Assembly (NCBI RefSeq): GCF_009914755.1
Contig: NC_060931.1
Direction: 5' to 3' (one strand)
Length of the DNA: 64,000 bases
Source of the DNA: the human T2T-CHM13v2.0 reference genome, Homo sapiens
Position 1 is the first letter of the stretch. Every line of letters starts with the position of its first letter. Made by a program: the position numbers and the translations under genes. Below, one piece after another: positions 59,854 through 64,000 of the stretch. The notes under the pieces were generated by a model. That model saw only the letters and a list, made by a program, of their open reading frames with translations. It had not been told where the DNA came from and did no database searches.

Positions 59854-60569
59854 GGGACTTTGATCTGTCATAAGCATAGTATATGAACCTAATAACAGGC
59901 TCTAAATACTAGACAAATGTCCTAACAAGGAAGACAGAGATCTAGGAGTGCCTTGAGAAAAAAGGCAGCACTGCGATTATTGATCTGTATAACTTGTGTT
60001 TGTTTTACCAGCTGTGAAATTCTCAGAACTGGCAGGTAGTATTGTCAAGGGACACATTCTTGTATAGAAACCCACAACGCTGAATCGTCATATATTCCTA
60101 GTCTAGAATCTGAGATATACACGAACTCCACAACTAAGTAGACGAAAGCATCCCTTTTTTTTGGGGGGGGGATGGGGGGCACATAACCCTGAACCACGGT
60201 CCAATTACAGGTACAGTACTGATGATGGCTTAAGTAGTTCATGGAACTAGTTAAAACTAAAACCATGGAAATGTTACCCAGGAGAGGTAAGGCTGCGTGC
60301 CTGGCAGGTGCCGCAGGGAAGTAGGGGAAAGGTTAAGGAGAACACCAGCCTCCGGAGAAAGAGAAGCAAAGGTGACTGCATAGCTGCCAGCTGGAAGCCG
60401 ACTCTCGTCATAGGGCATACTCGCCCCACTGTGCATCGCCGGTGCCTACCTCACCCAGTTCCAAGGCGGGGGCGCGCCGAGGCAGGGGTGGGGTCACCAG
60501 GAGAAAAGCAAGTGGGCAGAAAAGCCCGTTGGGAAGAGACGGCTGGGAGGAGGCCCCGGCCCCAGCCTT

Positions 60570-60652
60570 ACTACGTTTCCCAGAATTCAGTGAGGCCACG
60601 AAGACAGGCTCCCTGGGCGCGGACGGAAGACTGGCTGCATGGGATTTGTAGG
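60570..60652. promoter_or_regulatory. Upstream pair of ZNF143/THAP11-type SBS motifs
   Basis: ACTACGTTTCCCAGAA on + (60570-60585) and TGGGATTTGTAGG (60640-60652; CCTACAAATCCCA on -). Confidence 0.6.
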
Positions 60653-60660
60653 TAGGATCC

Positions 60661-60800
60661 GCGCCCCGCCCGACGGAGGCGTCCAGTGGGGAGGTGTGCA
60701 GGGATTGGTTGGGAAGCGCTCAAGCCCCGCCCACAGAGTGACGTCAGGTGGCGGTATTGCTACTTAAGGCGTCGTGGCCTCCCCTGCCCCGCCTTAGCTC
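60661..60800 (+). promoter_or_regulatory. IFRD1: IFRD1 core/proximal promoter: GC boxes, reverse CCAAT, palindromic CRE, TATA-like element
   Basis: CCCCGCCC 60664-60671; ATTGG 60704-60708; GCCCCGCCCA 60724-60733; perfect TGACGTCA 60739-60746; TACTTAA 60761-60767; all just upstream of the uORF ATG. Confidence 0.8.
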
Positions 60801-60817
60801 CCGCGCTAGAGAGAAAC

Positions 60818-60976
60818 ATGTATCGTTTTCGATCACAGCTCTTCACGGGGATTTCTGCTGCCGCCACCGCCCACTCTTACCCCCGCCGCTTCTCGACTCT
60901 GTTGTTAGCCGAAGACTCGCCTCTCAGCCGCCCGCCGCACAGACGCACGAGTAAAAAGTGCAGCTCCATCGGCTGA
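60818..60976 (+). CDS. IFRD1 upstream ORF, 52 aa (MYRFRSQLFTGISAAATAHSYPRRFSTLLLAEDSPLSRPPHRRTSKKCSSIG)
   Basis: ATG at 60818 (gaaacATGt, A at -3) and TGA at 60974-60976, 43 nt before the main ATG and out of frame with it. Matches the established stress-sensitive, NMD-triggering uORF of IFRD1. Confidence 0.9.
   Translation: MYRFRSQLFTGISAAATAHSYPRRFSTLLLAEDSPLSRPPHRRTSKKCSSIG
60821..60839 (+). other. IFRD1: Candidate 3' splice acceptor inside the uORF (for a distal-first-exon IFRD1 isoform)
   Basis: TATCGTTTTCGATCACAG|CT with AG at 60837-60838, 181 nt before the main ATG. Consistent with my recollection of an IFRD1 variant that has an upstream non-coding exon and lacks the uORF. Confidence 0.6.
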
Positions 60977-61019
60977 TCCTCGCTAAGCTCCGACTCTGGG
61001 CGGCACCGGGCGTCCCACG

Positions 61020-61113
61020 ATGCCGAAGAACAAGAAGCGGAACACTCCCCACCGCGGTAGCAGTGCTGGCGGCGGCGGGTCAGGAGCAGCCGCAGCGACG
61101 GCGGCGACAGCAG
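61020..61113 (+). CDS. IFRD1: IFRD1 (interferon-related developmental regulator 1 / TIS7 / PC4) first coding exon, 94 nt, phase-1 donor; rest of gene lies beyond the window
   Basis: ATG at 61020 (cccacgATGc) translates MPKNKKRNTPHRGSSAGGGGSGAAAATAATA(G), the recognised IFRD1 N-terminus. It ends at a strong donor CAG|GTAAGG (61113/61114) inside a CpG island. Confidence 0.96.
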
Positions 61114-61184
61114 GTAAGGGGTATCCCCGCCGCCGGCATCCCAGTTGCCGGCCAGGCTGGCGAGTCTTCCATGCTTCGGCACGG

Positions 61185-61269
61185 TGGGAGTTGTAGTTCT
61201 TTCTCTGATGTACACATTTGCATTTCCAGGGTGCGTGGTTTGGCTACTGAACTACAATTCCCAGCGTGC
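61185..61269. promoter_or_regulatory. Intronic pair of ZNF143/THAP11 SBS motifs flanking an octamer
   Basis: TGGGAGTTGTAGT 61185-61197 (ACTACAACTCCCA on -); ATTTGCAT 61216-61223; ACTACAATTCCCAGCGTGC 61251-61269. Confidence 0.75.
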
Positions 61270-62485
61270 CCTGGGCGCTGCTCCTCGCGCGATTTAGATC
61301 TGGCGTGCGAACCGGACTCTTGGGCACCGGCCGTGGGGGCAGGGAGGAACGGGTCCTTGGGCCTGAGAGTGTGTCGGGACAGGGGCTGACCGGGAGCTGG
61401 GCGGGAAAGGAACCATTGTCAGAGTTCCTTTCTCGGCGGCGATCTCGCCCGATCTCTCCCCGACCACGGGTGGGGAAGAACGGGGAGTTGAGCCCGTGCC
61501 GTCACTGGCCGCCTTTGACACCCTGGCTCCAACATGGAGCTCCTGGGATGCCAGACGTCCGGCGGGTTTGGACGGGCTCTTGCGTCACGCGGCCTGGGCC
61601 TTGCGCGGTGGGCCCGGGGTGACGCAGAGGCGCTGGGGAAGCTTTCCGTCTCGCAGGTCCACCTGGCCAGGCGAAGGCGTCGGAGGCGGGGGGACCACTT
61701 TCTCCCCCCTAGGCTGTGCTCCTTCCCCTAACTGGCACCTGCAGAAGCCCTGAACCTCTAGCACCTCTGCGACCACCCGAGGCGACCTCCTGCTCACGGG
61801 GGGAAGAAACGCGTTCTCCTTTGTGCTGCATTCTATATGTTCTCTGCAGTGAGCCCCAGAGAGGCAGGGTGGTGAGGAGCTTAGGTTGCAGTTGGCTAAA
61901 AGTTGAGGTTATTGTGCCCTCGCTACGAAGTTGAAACTTTTCCTGGGTGGGATGAGTAGGTGCTTAACTGAACTTATGGTTTTCTACTTATTATATGGTT
62001 AAGAAAAAGGATTCCAATTGGAATTGGAAGGCCCTTCTAGGAGAGACCCCAGTAAACTCAAATCGAGTATTAAATAACCTGGGTAATATTTTATTTAGAA
62101 ATTTAAACAGGAGTTAAATATTGGAGTATTCTCCGACGTTATCACACTGGAACTATTAGCCATCAGGTATTTTTGGACACAGTTGCCCCTCTGCCACGGC
62201 TGCCACTCAGAATGATATGCCTTTGTTCACAAGAAAAGTAAATATGGGGTTATGTTGTTAAAGGTTATTGGAAACTGGCATTTAAAAAAGCTCAAAAACT
62301 CGTGATCATGTATTAAACATTTAATAATTGACCATAGGGAGGGATTCTTAAAACAGCAATTTTTTACATTTTTTAGGTGCCTCTTTATTTTGAATGCTCT
62401 CCATGTTGATGAAATTCATTCTTTATCAAGATGTAAAATATGTAATTTATTGTGGCCTCTGGTTGCTCTATGTGAATTGAGGATA

Positions 62486-62769
62486 CTTTTTTTTTTTTGT
62501 TAAGGGAAAGAGGGAGTCTGGCTCTGTCGCCCAGGCTGGAGTGCGGTGTGGTGTGATCATAGCTCACTGCAACCTCTTAACTCCTGGGCTCAAGCAGCTC
62601 TCCCTCCTCAGCCTCCTGTAGCTAGGACTACAGGCATGTGACACCATTCCTGGCTATTTTTTACATTTTTTGTGGAGACAAGGTCTATGTTGGCCAGGCT
62701 GGTCACGAGTCCCTCGTCCCCAGGGATCTTCCTGCCTAAGCCTCCCACAATGCTGGGACGGTGCCTGGT
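62486..62769 (-). mobile_element. AluJ-type in IFRD1 intron 1 (antisense to gene)
   Basis: Diverged antisense dimer; TGAGGATA on both flanks. Confidence 0.85.
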
Positions 62770-64000
62770 CTGAGGATATTTCTTACCACTGTGTTTCAGC
62801 TTTTCCTCATCTGAATCAAACATTTGAATTCTTTCTAGAAGGTATTTATTTTATTCTATTACCCTTTTGTTGATGAAATGGAAAAGTTTGAAAGCTAAAG
62901 TTTGAAAGTTATAATGATGTTAGTAATGGCCTAGATCACGCACAAACCTTTAATCCCGTCTAAAGTTTCTGGGCAAGCCTCCTTCCCTCTTTGTGCTTAT
63001 AGTACCTATACAGGCCTCTGGTGGCTGTATGGGGATTGCCTTTTAAATTTTGCTTCAGGGCTCATTTGTGACCTTTCATCAGCTTTATTGCTGCTACCTT
63101 TTCACTATTTTAGTAGAAAAGATCCATTTCACCACTGAATTTTAGCATATGTAAACAAGTGGAAAATAATTCTTTGATTAATTTATAACACAATACATGC
63201 TTTGAATATCTTTGGAAGTGTGTGCTAGAACTTGTTAACTGTGGTTACCTCAGAAGTGGAGCTGGGGAAAGGTATGGGGGTGAGATTTACTTTTTAAAAC
63301 TTTAACTTGGTCCTATGTGAATGTTTTACTTGTTTAATAAACAATGAATAAATAATAGTTGAGTAGAAGAGATGGAAAATTACACAAACTTTTGCTTACT
63401 TAACAAGCCACTTACCTAACTAGTATTTTTAAATGACATCTAAAAGAAATGGGATTCAAATGAGGTCTCCACTATGTAACCAAATTGTCATTATTACTTT
63501 AATGAGTTTTCTATTTAAACTCTTTATTTTTTTTATGTTAGTGGAGAGTTTTAGGAAGCTAATAAAATTGACTTCTTTTATACAGGTATGTCATAGCACT
63601 TAATTTAAAGAGAATATTTTTAAGAAAGAACAAAACCTTGTTAGTAAGCCCTCTAGAAATAAGTACTTTATGTGCCTAGAGTGCCATCTCTTTCGTGGTA
63701 CTTAGGATCACAGTGTGGGTGGGTGAGTTTGACCTAAATATCAGGCATTCATACAGGGTTCTTTTTCTTGATACATATATATGTGTATTTTTTTTCTTTC
63801 CCTCGAATCTTAGAAATCATTAATACTGATGAGTTAAGGGAGCAGAGTAAGAGCTGCATAGGAGGAATACTCTTAGAAATAGGCTATGAAAAAGAAAAAC
63901 TGTGAATTGACTTGTGAATAAATGTTAATAAAATTAATCAGATGACACTCATCTGTTGCCATTACTTCAGTCATAAAAACGAGGAAGATAGATCCAGAAA

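Larger units (their letters stand above)
60290..61930. promoter_or_regulatory. IFRD1: CpG island spanning the IFRD1 promoter, exon 1 and 5' intron 1
   Basis: Abrupt rise in GC and CpG density relative to AT-rich, CpG-depleted flanks. Confidence 0.9.

Noticed and set aside
60686-60817. GTG-initiated 44-aa N-terminal extension of the uORF (96-aa ORF in the track)
   Set aside because: It starts upstream of the CCAAT/CRE/TATA-like elements, so probably before the TSS; the ATG at 60818 is the credible start.
60860-60871. Perfect Kozak GCCGCCACC inside the uORF
   Set aside because: It is followed by GCC, not a start codon; it simply encodes Ala-Ala-Thr.
60948-60956. Phase-1 GT (CGA|GTAAAA) in the uORF that would fuse the presequence-like peptide in frame to IFRD1 exon 2
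   Set aside because: The phase is compatible, but the donor mismatches consensus at -2, -1, +5 and +6. Only junction reads could rescue it.
60308-61934. Multiple 60-143 aa ORFs on both strands in the CpG island
   Set aside because: Stop-poor GC-rich sequence, mostly non-ATG starts, no recognisable homology, and several cross the exon-1 donor.

Overview
Primate genomic DNA, almost certainly human. About 60 kb of repeat-rich, non-coding sequence (Alu, L1, L2, MIR, MaLR/ERV solo LTRs) precedes the CpG-island promoter, first coding exon and start of intron 1 of IFRD1 (TIS7/PC4). IFRD1 is on the + strand with its ATG at 61020. The exon-1 5' leader carries the known 52-codon regulatory uORF (60818-60976). 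The uORF peptide looks like a mitochondrial presequence, and the uORF contains an AG acceptor that would let a distal first exon bypass its AUG. The promoter has a CRE, CCAAT and GC boxes, four ZNF143-type ACTACAnnTCCCA motifs, an octamer, and inverted AP-1 and CRE-variant pairs. Other notable elements: a 33 x 26-bp CpG-rich minisatellite with higher-order structure born inside an L2; a 5'-truncated RPS27A retrocopy; a three-tier nested L1 with an apparent insertion-associated deletion; nested LTRs and Alus; and an old ~290-bp local duplication. Nearly all other ORFs in the track are repeat-derived or chance. Repeat subfamily names come from recognition of consensus sequence, not a RepeatMasker run, and repeat boundaries are approximate unless TSDs are given.
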